Shown here piece after piece: positions 17,074 through 27,481 of a DNA stretch of 64,000 bases. The stretch is from OCS155 cluster bacterium AG-422-J23 (GTDB taxonomy: Bacteria; Actinomycetota; Acidimicrobiia; Actinomarinales; Actinomarinaceae): NCBI GenBank assembly GCA_003213625.1, contig QCMT01000001.1:369568-433567 (forward strand). Direction: 5' to 3'. Each line of letters starts with the position of its first letter. The stretch's first letter is position 1. The notes below the pieces were generated by a model, which worked only from the letters and a program-made list of their open reading frames with translations, was not told the DNA's origin and searched no databases. The position numbers were made by a program, and so were the translations under genes.

Positions 17074-19722
17074 TTACTCCCCTTTCGTAATTAAAGTTTC
17101 AAAATCTTTTTTAGTTTTTGTAAATACTCTTGAGCCAGATCCTGGTTGCATAGTTACTCCATAAAGAACATCACCTGCCTGCATAGTTTGTTGCTGATGA
17201 GTGACAATTAAAAACTGTGCATCTTCCTTTACGAACTCAAGTAAATTTAGCATTCTATGTAAATTAGCGTCATCTAGAGCAGCTTCAACCTCATCTAGTA
17301 TGTAAAAAGGACTTGGGAAAGATTTAAATACAGAGAATAAAAATGCAATTGCAGCTAATGATCGTTCTCCTCCAGAAAGTAAACTCAATTTTTTCACTTT
17401 CTTACCTCTAGGTTGCACACTTATTTCGATGCCTGATTCAAGTAAGTTATCAGGATTTGTCAATGTTAAAGATCCCTTACCACCTGGGAAGAGCTTTTCA
17501 AAAACTTCTTCAAAATTTACAGAAATAGTGTTGAATGAGTTCTCAATTCTAAATTTAATTTCTTCTTCGATTTCGCTTATATATTTTAAAAGTTCTTTTT
17601 TAGTTGTATTCAATTCCTCTATGTTTGTTGATATATCTTCATATCTAGTGTTTAAAGATTCAAAATCTTCGGAAGCTAAGTAATTGACAGTACCAAGTTC
17701 GTCCAGTTGTTTTTCAGTTTTTGAAATAATATTATCAATATCATTTATTGACTCATTTCCAGTTTCATAATCATCGATCTGATCAATACTTAATCCACTT
17801 ATGTTTGTTAGATTTGAGTAATAAAGAGCTCTTTGTGACATATATTCTGATTCTTTAACCATTAAGTCACTTTTTTTATCTTTGTAATTAAATAAACTAT
17901 TTGAAACATCTTCAAGATTTTCTTCAATTTCATTTATTTGCTCATCATTGTCACTATAATTTTCATCTAGTTTTTGATTTCTCTCTGATAAATTTGAAGA
18001 GAGTTCATTTAGAATCTTATAAGCTTGTGAAGCTTTTGAATTTATAGCTTCATAATTATTTATCTCCTCAGAATTATCATTTGAATTTAATTCTTTGACC
18101 TTGTTAGAAAGGTTTTTATTTTCATCTGTAAGATATTTAATCTTTTCAGAAGATGAAATAAGTTGTTCATTTATTGATGAAGTTTCATTTTCTAAATATT
18201 CCTTTTCGGTAAGTAATGATTCCTCCCTCTCTTTTAAAGTCTGTTTAAATTTATCAGAATTGCTATATTCACTAATTAAAGAAAGTTTCTCATCAAGACT
18301 TTTTTGTATTTCATTTTTATTAAGTAATGCATTTTCATTTTGAATACTCAAATCTGTAATCTCTCTATGTAACAAACTATCTGTATGAATCTTTACTTTA
18401 TTAAAGGATCTAGAATTTATTTTTTTTCTATTAAGGAATTTATCATGCTTCATTAGGTGTTTATTAATAATTTTTTTATCTTTGATCCAATTATTTAAAT
18501 TGTCTGTAGATTTATCAAGTATGTCAGTTTTTGATGATAGATCATTCTTTAAGAACTTAATCTCATTTTTAAGTAAAGCTTCATTTACTTCCAAACTAGA
18601 CGATTGTTTACTTTTTACATCTTCAATTTCAAGATTCAAATTTTCAATCTTTTTTGAGTTAACTGTAGCAATATCTTTTTTATCAATTATTAGTTTGGAC
18701 AATTGTGAAATTTGGTTGTTGTTTTGATAAATCTGATTTGTGTATCTTTTTAATTCACTAGTAGATTGTTCTTTTATTCTTTCTAATGACAATTGTCTTT
18801 CTGTTGAAATTTGATATAAAGATTTAAATTCTTCACTGTATTTGTTTACTTCAGTAATTGCATTGGCAAGAAAAGATTTTACAGAAACATTTTCTCCAAA
18901 ATCTTTTCTAAGTTTGTTCTTGCTAACTTTGAAATCTTCAAGTTTAGATTCAAGATCATTAATAAATCGGTTTACTTCATTTAGTTGTGATTTGATATCA
19001 TCATATTTTTTATTGAAATTTCTATATTGGAGAATATTAAGTTTTGTTTTGTTTAATTTTAAAACTTCAGACAACTCCTTATGAAGCTGAGCTTGTTCAG
19101 CCTGTTTTCTTAGTGGATCAATTTGTTTTTTTATCTCACGAAGAACATCTTTTGCTCTTTTAATTTCCTTTTCCCCAGATTCTATTCTTTTTAAAGCTTT
19201 GTCTTTTTTTAACTTGTATGGGAGTATCCCAGATGCTTCTTCAATAGTAATTCTATGGTCTTCAGGCTTAGCATTCAAAATTTCTGTAATTTGGCCTTGA
19301 GAGATAATTATGTGCTGTTGTTTGCCTATACCCACATCATTTAAAAATTCTTGAATATCAAGCAGCCTACAAGTTAGACCATTCATGAAATATTCAGAAG
19401 TACCATCTCTGTATAATTTTCTTCCAATAGATACTTCACTTGAATTGAAATTGTTATTATCGCCTAGATCAAAGACTAAATATACTTCAGCAAAACCTTT
19501 TTCTCCAAGTTTTTCTGTTCCTGCAAAAATTACATCTTCCATTTTGTTCGTTCTTAGAGAACCTGGACTTTGATTACCTAATACCCATGAAATAGCGTCA
19601 ACTATATTTGATTTTCCAGATCCATTAGGGCCCACAATTACGTTGGTGTATTCAGATAAATTTATTGTAGTTTTTTCAGCAAATGACTTGAATCCACTCG
19701 CAACTATTGATTTTAAGTGCAT
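17074..19722 (-). CDS. smc: Chromosome segregation protein SMC (short, 882 aa; no hinge signature recognised)
   Basis: N-terminal Walker A head (GFKSFAEKTTI...VGPNGSGKSNIVDAISWVLG). C-terminal LSGGERSLAAIAFLFSVF...ILDEVEAALDDANL...GVTM. rnc-smc synteny. Confidence 0.85.
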   Translation of the reverse strand: MHLKSIVASGFKSFAEKTTINLSEYTNVIVGPNGSGKSNIVDAISWVLGNQSPGSLRTNKMEDVIFAGTEKLGEKGFAEVYLVFDLGDNNNFNSSEVSIGRKLYRDGTSEYFMNGLTCRLLDIQEFLNDVGIGKQQHIIISQGQITEILNAKPEDHRITIEEASGILPYKLKKDKALKRIESGEKEIKRAKDVLREIKKQIDPLRKQAEQAQLHKELSEVLKLNKTKLNILQYRNFNKKYDDIKSQLNEVNRFINDLESKLEDFKVSKNKLRKDFGENVSVKSFLANAITEVNKYSEEFKSLYQISTERQLSLERIKEQSTSELKRYTNQIYQNNNQISQLSKLIIDKKDIATVNSKKIENLNLEIEDVKSKQSSSLEVNEALLKNEIKFLKNDLSSKTDILDKSTDNLNNWIKDKKIINKHLMKHDKFLNRKKINSRSFNKVKIHTDSLLHREITDLSIQNENALLNKNEIQKSLDEKLSLISEYSNSDKFKQTLKEREESLLTEKEYLENETSSINEQLISSSEKIKYLTDENKNLSNKVKELNSNDNSEEINNYEAINSKASQAYKILNELSSNLSERNQKLDENYSDNDEQINEIEENLEDVSNSLFNYKDKKSDLMVKESEYMSQRALYYSNLTNISGLSIDQIDDYETGNESINDIDNIISKTEKQLDELGTVNYLASEDFESLNTRYEDISTNIEELNTTKKELLKYISEIEEEIKFRIENSFNTISVNFEEVFEKLFPGGKGSLTLTNPDNLLESGIEISVQPRGKKVKKLSLLSGGERSLAAIAFLFSVFKSFPSPFYILDEVEAALDDANLHRMLNLLEFVKEDAQFLIVTHQQQTMQAGDVLYGVTMQPGSGSRVFTKTKKDFETLITKGE

Positions 19723-19790
19723 ATATTTAACCCTGTTGTTACCTTTAAGGATACTAAATATTTATATTTTTGCTTTAATTAAAAAAAGAT

Positions 19791-20474
19791 TTATTCCTTA
19801 ATATCAGAAAATGCATTCTTTGCAGCCATTTGTTCTGCATTTTTCTTGGATTTTCCAGTTCCTTTTCCTATAACTTTATTTTCAAGAAAAACAGAAGCTT
19901 CAAATTCTTTGTTATGATCTGGACCCTTCGATAAAGTTTCATAATTTACTTTTTTACCTTTTTTAGCAAAATGTTCTTGAAGACGTGTTTTGTAATCTTT
20001 TTCTCCTGGATTTTTTGATAAATTTTCAATCAATGGATATATATACTTTGAAACAAAATTATTTACTTCTTTTAGTCCCCCATCAAAATAAATTGCGGCA
20101 ATTAACGCTTCAACAGCATCCTCAATGATTGAACTTTTATCTCTCCCACCAGTGCTATCTTCTGCTTTGCTTAACAATAAGTAATCACCTATCTGAATCT
20201 TCTTCCCAAGTTCAACAAGAGCATTTTGATCTACAGCTCCAGATCTTATTTTTGTAAGACTGCCTTCATCTAAGTTTGGATAATTGTTAAATAGAAATAT
20301 TGATAAATCGAAATCAAGTATGGTATCACCGATGAATTCATATCTTTGATTAGTTTGTGAAGTCGGATCTTCATCAATATAAGACTTATGAGTTAGAGCT
20401 ATTTTTAAATGTTCAATATCTTTAAATGAGTATCCAATATTTTGTTCAAATTTTTTTAAATCCTTTTCATTCAT
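19791..20474 (-). CDS. rnc: Ribonuclease III
   Basis: Signature ERYEFIGDTILD, plus a dsRBD. Confidence 0.9.
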   Translation of the reverse strand: MNEKDLKKFEQNIGYSFKDIEHLKIALTHKSYIDEDPTSQTNQRYEFIGDTILDFDLSIFLFNNYPNLDEGSLTKIRSGAVDQNALVELGKKIQIGDYLLLSKAEDSTGGRDKSSIIEDAVEALIAAIYFDGGLKEVNNFVSKYIYPLIENLSKNPGEKDYKTRLQEHFAKKGKKVNYETLSKGPDHNKEFEASVFLENKVIGKGTGKSKKNAEQMAAKNAFSDIKE

Positions 20475-21442
20475 AATTCACTTGAAACTTCTGTAAATTT
20501 ATTAATGAATCGCTTTTCTACAGCTCTACTTGTAAACAATAATGCGTTCTTAATAGCTTCAGAGTTTGAAGAACCATGGCCAATAATTACAAGTCCATTA
20601 ACACCTAGTAAATATGATCCATTCGTTGAATTTGGATTAAGCATACTTTTTACAGGTGATATTGCATTTTTTACAGGTATTAGAAGAGGTTTGAATAAAT
20701 TTTCTTTTAAAGATTTTGAAATAAGATCTTGCTGTAATTTTGCAACTCCCTGCAAAGTTTTTAGTACAACATTCCCTGTAAAACCATCTGTAACAAAAAC
20801 ATCGACTTTTGAATTTGCAAAATCTTTACCTTCAACATTTCCAATAAAATTTAATTGTGATGATTTCAGAAGCTTAAATGTAGCTTTTTCTAATTCTCTT
20901 CCTTTTGAACTTTCCTCACCGTTGTTGATAAGTCCAATTCTTGGATTTTCGATATCAAATAAAAGTTCTGATAATTTTGAACCCATGATTGCAAATTGAT
21001 AGAGAACTTTTGGCTTTACTTCTAAGTTTGCCCCTGAATCAACCAGTATTACCTCTTTTTCTTTACCTGGTAATACAGATGCAATAGTAGGTCTTGTTAC
21101 ACCTTTAATTTTTCCTAATACTGATATTGCACCAATAAGTGTTGCCCCTGTTGAGCCTGCAGAAAATACCGCGTCAGCTTTTTTTTCCTTTACTAAATTT
21201 AATGCTCCAATAATTGAGGAATCTTTATTTGATCTTATAGCTTTTGCAGGATCATCATCCATTGATATAACTTGTGGATAATTTATAACCGGTATTTTTT
21301 CATTACCAAGATAGCTTTTAATAAGATTTTCGTCACCTGAAAGAATTACATCGACTCCTTCTTTTTTTGCAAGAATAGCTCCTTTTACAACTTCTTCAGG
21401 AGCAGAGTCACCACCCATTGCATCAACAGCAATCGTACTCAT
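20471..21442 (-). CDS. plsX: Phosphate acyltransferase PlsX
   Basis: N-terminal IAVDAMGGDSAPEEVVKGA. Confidence 0.9.
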   Translation of the reverse strand: MSTIAVDAMGGDSAPEEVVKGAILAKKEGVDVILSGDENLIKSYLGNEKIPVINYPQVISMDDDPAKAIRSNKDSSIIGALNLVKEKKADAVFSAGSTGATLIGAISVLGKIKGVTRPTIASVLPGKEKEVILVDSGANLEVKPKVLYQFAIMGSKLSELLFDIENPRIGLINNGEESSKGRELEKATFKLLKSSQLNFIGNVEGKDFANSKVDVFVTDGFTGNVVLKTLQGVAKLQQDLISKSLKENLFKPLLIPVKNAISPVKSMLNPNSTNGSYLLGVNGLVIIGHGSSNSEAIKNALLFTSRAVEKRFINKFTEVSSEL

Positions 21443-21448
21443 GATTAA

Positions 21449-21631
21449 TTAATTTGATTCAGGGTCTTTAACTTGGCGACCATTATAAGTCCCATCAACA
21501 GGATTAACCCTATGAGATTGTTTCGCAACACCAGTTTCAGGATCAACTATATAATGCGGTTTTGCTACTTTATGTTGAGCTTTACGCCTTCTTGTCCTAG
21601 ATTTTGACATTTTCTTCTTAGGTACTGCCAT
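21449..21631 (-). CDS. rpmF: 50S ribosomal protein L32
   Basis: MAVPKKKMSKSRTRRRKAQHK. Confidence 0.9.
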   Translation of the reverse strand: MAVPKKKMSKSRTRRRKAQHKVAKPHYIVDPETGVAKQSHRVNPVDGTYNGRQVKDPESN

Positions 21632-21648
21632 AATTATTTCCTTTCAAC

Positions 21649-22149
21649 TTACAAATCTAGCTCAGTTAGAGAAGAAAATGGACTTTCTTTTATATTTTTT
21701 TTCGGATGTTTGCATTCAAATAAATTTTGGTTTTTACCACAATCTGAACATAAGCCTTTACAGCTTGATTTACATATATATTGAATTTTCATTTCGTTTA
21801 AAATCGCTTCAGAAATAACTGGTGACAAATCAATTTTTTCTGAATTAAAGTCAATCTCATAGTCATTTTCCTGATTCTTATAAAAATCTATTTTCAAACT
21901 ACTTTGCTTATTAATATTATTTGCATCAAGACACCTTGAGCACTCTGACTTAAAATCAAAATCTAAATCCATAATTATCCAAAATTTTTCATACAAACTA
22001 CTAATTTCCAATTTTAGATTTATTGTTTTATCTTTTAAGGTTTCATTTCCAGCATATTTGACATCAAACAAACCATGTACATCAAAATGAATACTGTTAT
22101 CGCTTAGTAAAAGTGAACTTACATCAAATTGAGTTTGAAGCTTATTCAT
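21649..22149 (-). CDS. DUF177 / YceD-family protein (large-subunit rRNA accumulation)
   Basis: C-terminal Cys pairs (CSRCLD ... CSDCG). Conserved position upstream of rpmF-plsX. Confidence 0.75.
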   Translation of the reverse strand: MNKLQTQFDVSSLLLSDNSIHFDVHGLFDVKYAGNETLKDKTINLKLEISSLYEKFWIIMDLDFDFKSECSRCLDANNINKQSSLKIDFYKNQENDYEIDFNSEKIDLSPVISEAILNEMKIQYICKSSCKGLCSDCGKNQNLFECKHPKKNIKESPFSSLTELDL

Positions 22150-22154
22150 TTAGA

Positions 22155-22658
22155 TTATTCAGGATCAGAAATTTTTCTAGGTTGTCTTAAGTTTGATTTC
22201 TCGCGTTCAATAATTTCATTCAATTCATCAAATTTTAATTGAATTTCATGAAGCTTAGTGTCAAGTTTATCTTCAACGTTAGCTCTATTTAAAATTGCTT
22301 CTTGTTCAGCTTGTTTTACAAGGGCATTTGCTTCTACTACTGCTTCTTGTAAAACAAAGGATTCTGATATTAATCTTGATGACTCTTTGTCAGCATTAGC
22401 AAGTATTTCCTCAGCTTCTTCCTTTGCTTTTTTTAAATATAGTTCTTGCTCTCGGACAATAAATCTTGCAGTTCGAAGTTCGACAGGCATTAAATCAATT
22501 AAATTTTCAACAAGTTTAAGTAGTTCCTTTTTATTTGATTTGTTGTTTAAGAAAGAGTTTGAAGACAAATTTTCTCTAAGTAATTCTAGTTGATCAACAT
22601 ATTCCATTTTTACTTGTCCACTTACGACATCTTCAATAGATATTTCCTCTTTAGACAT
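22155..22658 (-). CDS. Coiled-coil protein of unknown function (positional analogue of the mycobacterial SepIVA/DivIVA-like gene)
   Basis: Charged coiled-coil composition only. Sits between coaD and DUF177, as Rv2927c does in mycobacteria. The function is inference. Confidence 0.35.
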   Translation of the reverse strand: MSKEEISIEDVVSGQVKMEYVDQLELLRENLSSNSFLNNKSNKKELLKLVENLIDLMPVELRTARFIVREQELYLKKAKEEAEEILANADKESSRLISESFVLQEAVVEANALVKQAEQEAILNRANVEDKLDTKLHEIQLKFDELNEIIEREKSNLRQPRKISDPE

Positions 22659-23115
22659 CTTTTAGTCTCTCAACGACAATTGATGGAACTAGTGCATTTA
22701 CATCGCCACCGTATGAAAATATTTCTTTTACCATTGAGCTTGAAACATATCCATATTCTGGTGAAGCTGCAATAAATATTGTTTCAAAATCTGCCAAATT
22801 GAAATTCATTTGAGCCATTTGAAATTCATAATCAAAATCTGTCATCGCTCTTAAACCTTTTACAATTGCACTTACATTCATCTGTTTAGCAAAATCCACC
22901 AGTAATCCTTCAAAACTTTTAATTTCCACATTTTTGTAATCTTTTAGAATTTCAATCAACATATTTTCCCTTTGACTTACATCAAACATTGACTCTTTTT
23001 GTGGATTTACAACAACTCCAACAATCACCTCGTCAAAAACACTAGATGATCGTTTAATGACATCGATATGTCCATTTGTTGGTGGGTCAAATGATCCTGG
23101 TATTAAAATTTTCAT
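22651..23115 (-). CDS. coaD: Phosphopantetheine adenylyltransferase
   Basis: Motif GSFDPPTNGHIDVI. Confidence 0.9.
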   Translation of the reverse strand: MKILIPGSFDPPTNGHIDVIKRSSSVFDEVIVGVVVNPQKESMFDVSQRENMLIEILKDYKNVEIKSFEGLLVDFAKQMNVSAIVKGLRAMTDFDYEFQMAQMNFNLADFETIFIAASPEYGYVSSSMVKEIFSYGGDVNALVPSIVVERLKDV

Positions 23116-23645
23116 TTTTTCAATATTGTTATATTACTTTGGCCATATTTTTTTTCCTTATATAATTCTAGTCCTTCTGGATAAACAAACTGCACTGAAC
23201 TTTTATGTCTATGGATAATAAGTTTTGAGTTTTTTCTCATTAAATTTTGTATAGTGTTTAAGTCCGAATTTATCTCATTAACTAAAAAAGAAAATGGTGG
23301 ATCATAAAAAATAATATCAAATTTTTTCTCAGATTGAGTAATGTAATCGTGGACGCTTAAAACAAGAACGGTAAAATTTTGATCAATATCGGATAAATTT
23401 TTATCTATAATTTTTTTACAATCTACCGATGAATCTACAAAAGTAACAAAGCTTGCACCTCGGCTTAACGCTTCAATACCAAGTGATCCAGAACCCGCAA
23501 ATAAATCAAGTACCAAAGAATTGTTAAAGTCATTTTGAAGTGAATTGAATATGCCTTCCCGAGCCCTACTCATCATTGGTCGTGTTGATGGATCATTAAT
23601 AGTTTTAATGTTCAACCCCTTAAATTTTCCAGCAATAATTCTCAT
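23112..23645 (-). CDS. rsmD: 16S rRNA (guanine966-N2)-methyltransferase RsmD
   Basis: Motifs DLFAGSGSLGIEALSRGA and DPPF. Confidence 0.85.
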   Translation of the reverse strand: MRIIAGKFKGLNIKTINDPSTRPMMSRAREGIFNSLQNDFNNSLVLDLFAGSGSLGIEALSRGASFVTFVDSSVDCKKIIDKNLSDIDQNFTVLVLSVHDYITQSEKKFDIIFYDPPFSFLVNEINSDLNTIQNLMRKNSKLIIHRHKSSVQFVYPEGLELYKEKKYGQSNITILKK

Positions 23646-25768
23646 GTAGAATCTTTTGTCTTACCAAAGTTGGGAAACAACAAGTTAGCTTCTAGAAAAA
23701 GTTCTGATTTAATTTCCTCATCTTCCATACTTAAAAAATATTCTTTTGATGTTTCAAGTATTTCATAATCCGTTCGTAAATTAGCAATCTTGAGATCTGA
23801 TAATCCAGACTGAGATGTACCAGTAACTTTACCCTCTCCACGTATTTGTAAATCTAACTCAGATAATTTAAAACCATCATCGTTTTGTTCTATTGCATTT
23901 AACCTTTCCTGCCCATCTTTAGTTATCTTTGAAAAACTTTTTCCTTCTGTGATATGAAATATACATTCAGATTGTTTATCTCCTCTACCAACTCTTCCTC
24001 TGAGTTGATGTAATTGGTTTAAACCAAATCTTTCGGCACTTTCAATTATCATCAATGTTGCGTTTGTGATATCAATACCAACTTCAATGACAACTGTTGA
24101 TACCATGATGTCAATTTCACCGTTCTTCATTTTTAGCATTTTATTTTCTTTTTCATCGGCTTTCATTTTTCCATGAAGTAACTCGACATTATATTTGTTG
24201 AATTCTGACTTATATAACTCATAGACTTTTTCAGCAGCTTTAATATCACTATTTTCACTTTCTTCAATGTATGGGCAAACAACAAAAATTTGTGATTTTT
24301 TTTCCAAATGCTCACGAGCAATGTTAAAAACTTCATTACTTTCACGTTTTCCTCCAGCAAGAACTTTCGAATTAATTTTTTTTCTTCCTGGAGGCATTTC
24401 ATTAATAATTGAGAGCTCTAGATCTCCATATATTGCAAGAGCAGTTGTTCTTGGAATTGGAGTTGCAGTCATTACTAACTGATGCGGTGTTAAATCATCA
24501 CTTATCATTAATTTTTTTCTTTGCTCTACTCCGAACCGTTGTTGTTCATCAATAATTGCCAATCCTAAATTATTAAATTTTACGTTTTCCTGAATTAATG
24601 CGTGTGTCCCAATTATCAATGCTGGGTCACCGTTTTCGATTACTTTCATAACGCTTTTTCTATCTTTTACAGATGATGTCAGAATATGCATATCTATATC
24701 AAAAAAATTCAGATACTTTTCAAAAGAATTTAAATGCTGTTCTGCTAAAACTTCCGTTGGGGCCATTAATGCAACTTGCTTTCCATTCTCAATAGCTGCA
24801 TAGACACCAGCTGCAGCAACAATAGTTTTACCAGATCCAACATCGCCTTGAAGCAATCTTTTCATTGGGTAATTGCTACTAAGATCTTCAAAAATTTCCT
24901 TAATACAACTTTTTTGCGAATTGGTTAGTGAAAATGGTATTTTTGTTTCAAAACTCTTTAATAATGAGGAATCTATTTTCATTGAATAAGATTTTTGTTC
25001 TGTTTTATAAATGTCTTTTGAATGACTAAATAAGCTTTGTAAATATATGAATTCATCAAAAGCAAGTCGTTTTTTTGCTAATTTATATTCCTCAAAACTT
25101 TCAGGAAAATGGATTTTCTGATAACTGTCTAATCTTGTATAAAGAGAAAATTTGTTTCTATCTTTATCTGGGATAATATCCTTTAATTCTGGAATTCTTT
25201 CCAAAGCTTGTTTAATACCACTTCTTAATACTTTGTTTGGTACACCATCAATTTTTGGATAAAAAGATATGAATGAACCTGTTTCTGAAAGGTCTTGCTC
25301 GGATGAAAAAGACTCAATAACTGGATTCTTAAATTCTACAGTTCCTGTTTTTTTGACATCAGGAACACCTGCAACCGCAACAATATCATCTTTTTTGAAT
25401 CTACTTTCTATGTATTGAGGACCAAACCATTTTGCTCTTGCAATTCCGGTTTCGTCATTAATAGTTAAAGTAGTAATTCTGAGTCTTGTCTTTGTTGTAA
25501 AAACTGAAATATCGGTAATTTTGCCAAATATAGTTATCTCTTTTTCAATATTTGGTGGAACTTCGCTCAAGTTCATAATTTTTGATCGGTCGTAATGTTT
25601 TCTTGGAAAGATTCTTATCAGATCTGTAACTGAATTGATTCCATGCTTCTTCAGAGAATTAATTCTTTTTTCACCGAAGCCTTTCAATTCAGAAACTGAA
25701 ATTTCACTTAAATAACTTAAACTTCTCTCCATCACAATCAAACAATACCTAAAAAGATTTAAAATCAA
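23642..25768 (-). CDS. recG: ATP-dependent DNA helicase RecG
   Basis: Wedge/OB N-terminus, helicase motifs (GDVGSGKT, DEQQRFG) and TRG region. Confidence 0.9.
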   Translation of the reverse strand: MILNLFRYCLIVMERSLSYLSEISVSELKGFGEKRINSLKKHGINSVTDLIRIFPRKHYDRSKIMNLSEVPPNIEKEITIFGKITDISVFTTKTRLRITTLTINDETGIARAKWFGPQYIESRFKKDDIVAVAGVPDVKKTGTVEFKNPVIESFSSEQDLSETGSFISFYPKIDGVPNKVLRSGIKQALERIPELKDIIPDKDRNKFSLYTRLDSYQKIHFPESFEEYKLAKKRLAFDEFIYLQSLFSHSKDIYKTEQKSYSMKIDSSLLKSFETKIPFSLTNSQKSCIKEIFEDLSSNYPMKRLLQGDVGSGKTIVAAAGVYAAIENGKQVALMAPTEVLAEQHLNSFEKYLNFFDIDMHILTSSVKDRKSVMKVIENGDPALIIGTHALIQENVKFNNLGLAIIDEQQRFGVEQRKKLMISDDLTPHQLVMTATPIPRTTALAIYGDLELSIINEMPPGRKKINSKVLAGGKRESNEVFNIAREHLEKKSQIFVVCPYIEESENSDIKAAEKVYELYKSEFNKYNVELLHGKMKADEKENKMLKMKNGEIDIMVSTVVIEVGIDITNATLMIIESAERFGLNQLHQLRGRVGRGDKQSECIFHITEGKSFSKITKDGQERLNAIEQNDDGFKLSELDLQIRGEGKVTGTSQSGLSDLKIANLRTDYEILETSKEYFLSMEDEEIKSELFLEANLLFPNFGKTKDST

Positions 25769-25825
25769 AGTACCTAATAATTATTAGACAAGTTATAGTT
25801 ATACTTGTATTTTAGAGGGAATTAT

Positions 25826-26062
25826 ATGGCTAACAGATGTCAAGTTACAGGTAGAGTGCCGAGGTCAGGAAAACATGTTTCCTTTTCTCATAAAAGAAAC
25901 CCACGATGGTTTAAACCAAATATTCAAACTAAAAAATATTGGCTACCTAGCGAAAAAAGATGGATAAAGTTAAAAGTTAGCACAAAAGGAAATAAAATCA
26001 TCGACAAGCGTGGTATTGAATCTGTTGTAAGAGATATTAGACAAAGAGGCGAAAAAGTTTAA
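25826..26062 (+). CDS. rpmB: 50S ribosomal protein L28
   Basis: MANRCQVTGRVPRSGKHVSFSHKRNPRWFKPN. RBS agaggga 6 nt upstream of the ATG at 25826. Confidence 0.9.
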   Translation: MANRCQVTGRVPRSGKHVSFSHKRNPRWFKPNIQTKKYWLPSEKRWIKLKVSTKGNKIIDKRGIESVVRDIRQRGEKV

Positions 26063-26277
26063 TGGCTCAGGGGGTTGTAAAGTCGTACGATCCTAATTCA
26101 GGTAACGGTATTGTAGTTCTAGACAGTGATAAATCAGAAGTTTATTTAAAAGCCGGTTCGCTAAAAGGTTCTATATTTAGAACTTTAAGACAAGGACAAA
26201 GAATAAATTTTGATATCGTGGAAGAAGAGGATATCAAAATCATTTCAAACGTCAAAATTGGTCAAGGTGACTATTAA
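26062..26277 (+). CDS. Small cold-shock-domain-like nucleic-acid-binding protein (tentative)
   Basis: 71 aa, MAQGVVKSYDPNSGNGIVV, loosely CspA-like. Weak similarity only. Confidence 0.35.
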   Translation: MAQGVVKSYDPNSGNGIVVLDSDKSEVYLKAGSLKGSIFRTLRQGQRINFDIVEEEDIKIISNVKIGQGDY

Positions 26278-26284
26278 TTTTTAG

Positions 26285-27481
26285 ATGCCTGAAATTAATT
26301 TAAAATCAAGTAACGAAGAAATAGTAAATACATTCTTTAAAGATATTACTTGTGATGATTACCAGGAGTCTATATTCAAAGGTGGACAGTCATTTGCAGA
26401 TAAAGCCCTTAACAATTTGGACATTAATGGTTATGCAAAAAAGAGAAACAATGTATATCCAACTGAAAAAAGGGGATCTTCATACTTATCACCATATATA
26501 AGACATGGTCTTTTGAGTCTTAAAGAAGTATGGAAACACGTAGATTCGTTTGAATATCAAGACAAAACTAAATTTAGAAATGAGCTTTTATGGCAAGAAT
26601 TTTCTAGGCATCTATATGCCATTGTTGGAAGCCAGAACAGGGAATTTCTAAATTTTTATGTTCAAAATGATCCTAACGAAGTAGTTGAAAACGAAAAAAT
26701 GAACTGTATTTCAACGGTAGAACAAGAACTCGAATCAACAGGTTATATGGTAAATCAAACCAGAATGTGGTACTCATCACATCAGATGTTTAGAACAAAT
26801 CAGTACTGGCTAGAAAGTGAAAATTACATGTACAAGCATCTTGTAGATGGCTCTAGATTTGCAAATAGATTAGGTTGGCACTGGGTAATGGGTTCTCAAA
26901 CAGGCAAGATATATGGGTTTTCAAAATTCCAAGTCAATAAAAGAGCACCAAAAATATGTAAAGAATGTGAATTGATAAATAATTGTCCTATTGAAAATTG
27001 GCCAGAAATAATGAGTATCTCTAGTAAAGATATCAAGGTAGATTTAGACATAGAAAAAAATTTTGGACCAAAAACAGTATTAACTTCTGACCAAAAACCT
27101 GATTTTGTATGGATTAATGGAGAATCACTTGGTGATGAAGATCCTGCTTTAAATAATCTTTCAGACCTTCCAGTAGTGTTTATATTCGATATAAAGTTGT
27201 TAAAAAGTTTAGATTTATCAACAAAGAGAATTATTTTTTTACTGGATACTTTGAAGGAGATTAATGAAAAAAGAGAGCTTAAAGTTTATCTAGACAATCC
27301 ACTAGATGTATTATCTGGTATAAATTACGCATCTACATTTGCACCAGTACCAAAATATAAAAGGATAACTCAACAAATAAAACCCTCCATGGAGTTTCCG
27401 GCAAATAGATTAGTTGATCCAGTCAATTTTTATCCAAGAAGTTTCTCTTCGTGGAGAAAAAAAACAAAATTAGCTCAATGA
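26285..27481 (+). CDS. Cryptochrome/photolyase-family protein with apparent circular permutation (FAD-binding domain at the N-terminus, alpha/beta antenna-binding domain at the C-terminus)
   Basis: N-terminal part aligns to the photolyase FAD-binding domain (RGSSYLSPYIRHGL; ELLWQEFSRHL; TGYMVNQTRMW; GWHWVMG). C-terminal DFVWINGESLGDEDPAL...VVFIFD matches the N-terminal alpha/beta domain signature of photolyases. Cys triad CKECELINNC in between. Confidence 0.7.
   Translation: MPEINLKSSNEEIVNTFFKDITCDDYQESIFKGGQSFADKALNNLDINGYAKKRNNVYPTEKRGSSYLSPYIRHGLLSLKEVWKHVDSFEYQDKTKFRNELLWQEFSRHLYAIVGSQNREFLNFYVQNDPNEVVENEKMNCISTVEQELESTGYMVNQTRMWYSSHQMFRTNQYWLESENYMYKHLVDGSRFANRLGWHWVMGSQTGKIYGFSKFQVNKRAPKICKECELINNCPIENWPEIMSISSKDIKVDLDIEKNFGPKTVLTSDQKPDFVWINGESLGDEDPALNNLSDLPVVFIFDIKLLKSLDLSTKRIIFLLDTLKEINEKRELKVYLDNPLDVLSGINYASTFAPVPKYKRITQQIKPSMEFPANRLVDPVNFYPRSFSSWRKKTKLAQ

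Noticed and set aside
18095-19573. Several 60-84-aa plus-strand ORFs (18095-18343, 18482-18727, 18842-19084, 19385-19573) inside the smc gene
   Set aside because: They are antisense to a long K/E/N-rich coiled-coil coding region whose complement is naturally poor in stop codons. They produce S/F/L-rich low-complexity peptides with no start context. Spurious.
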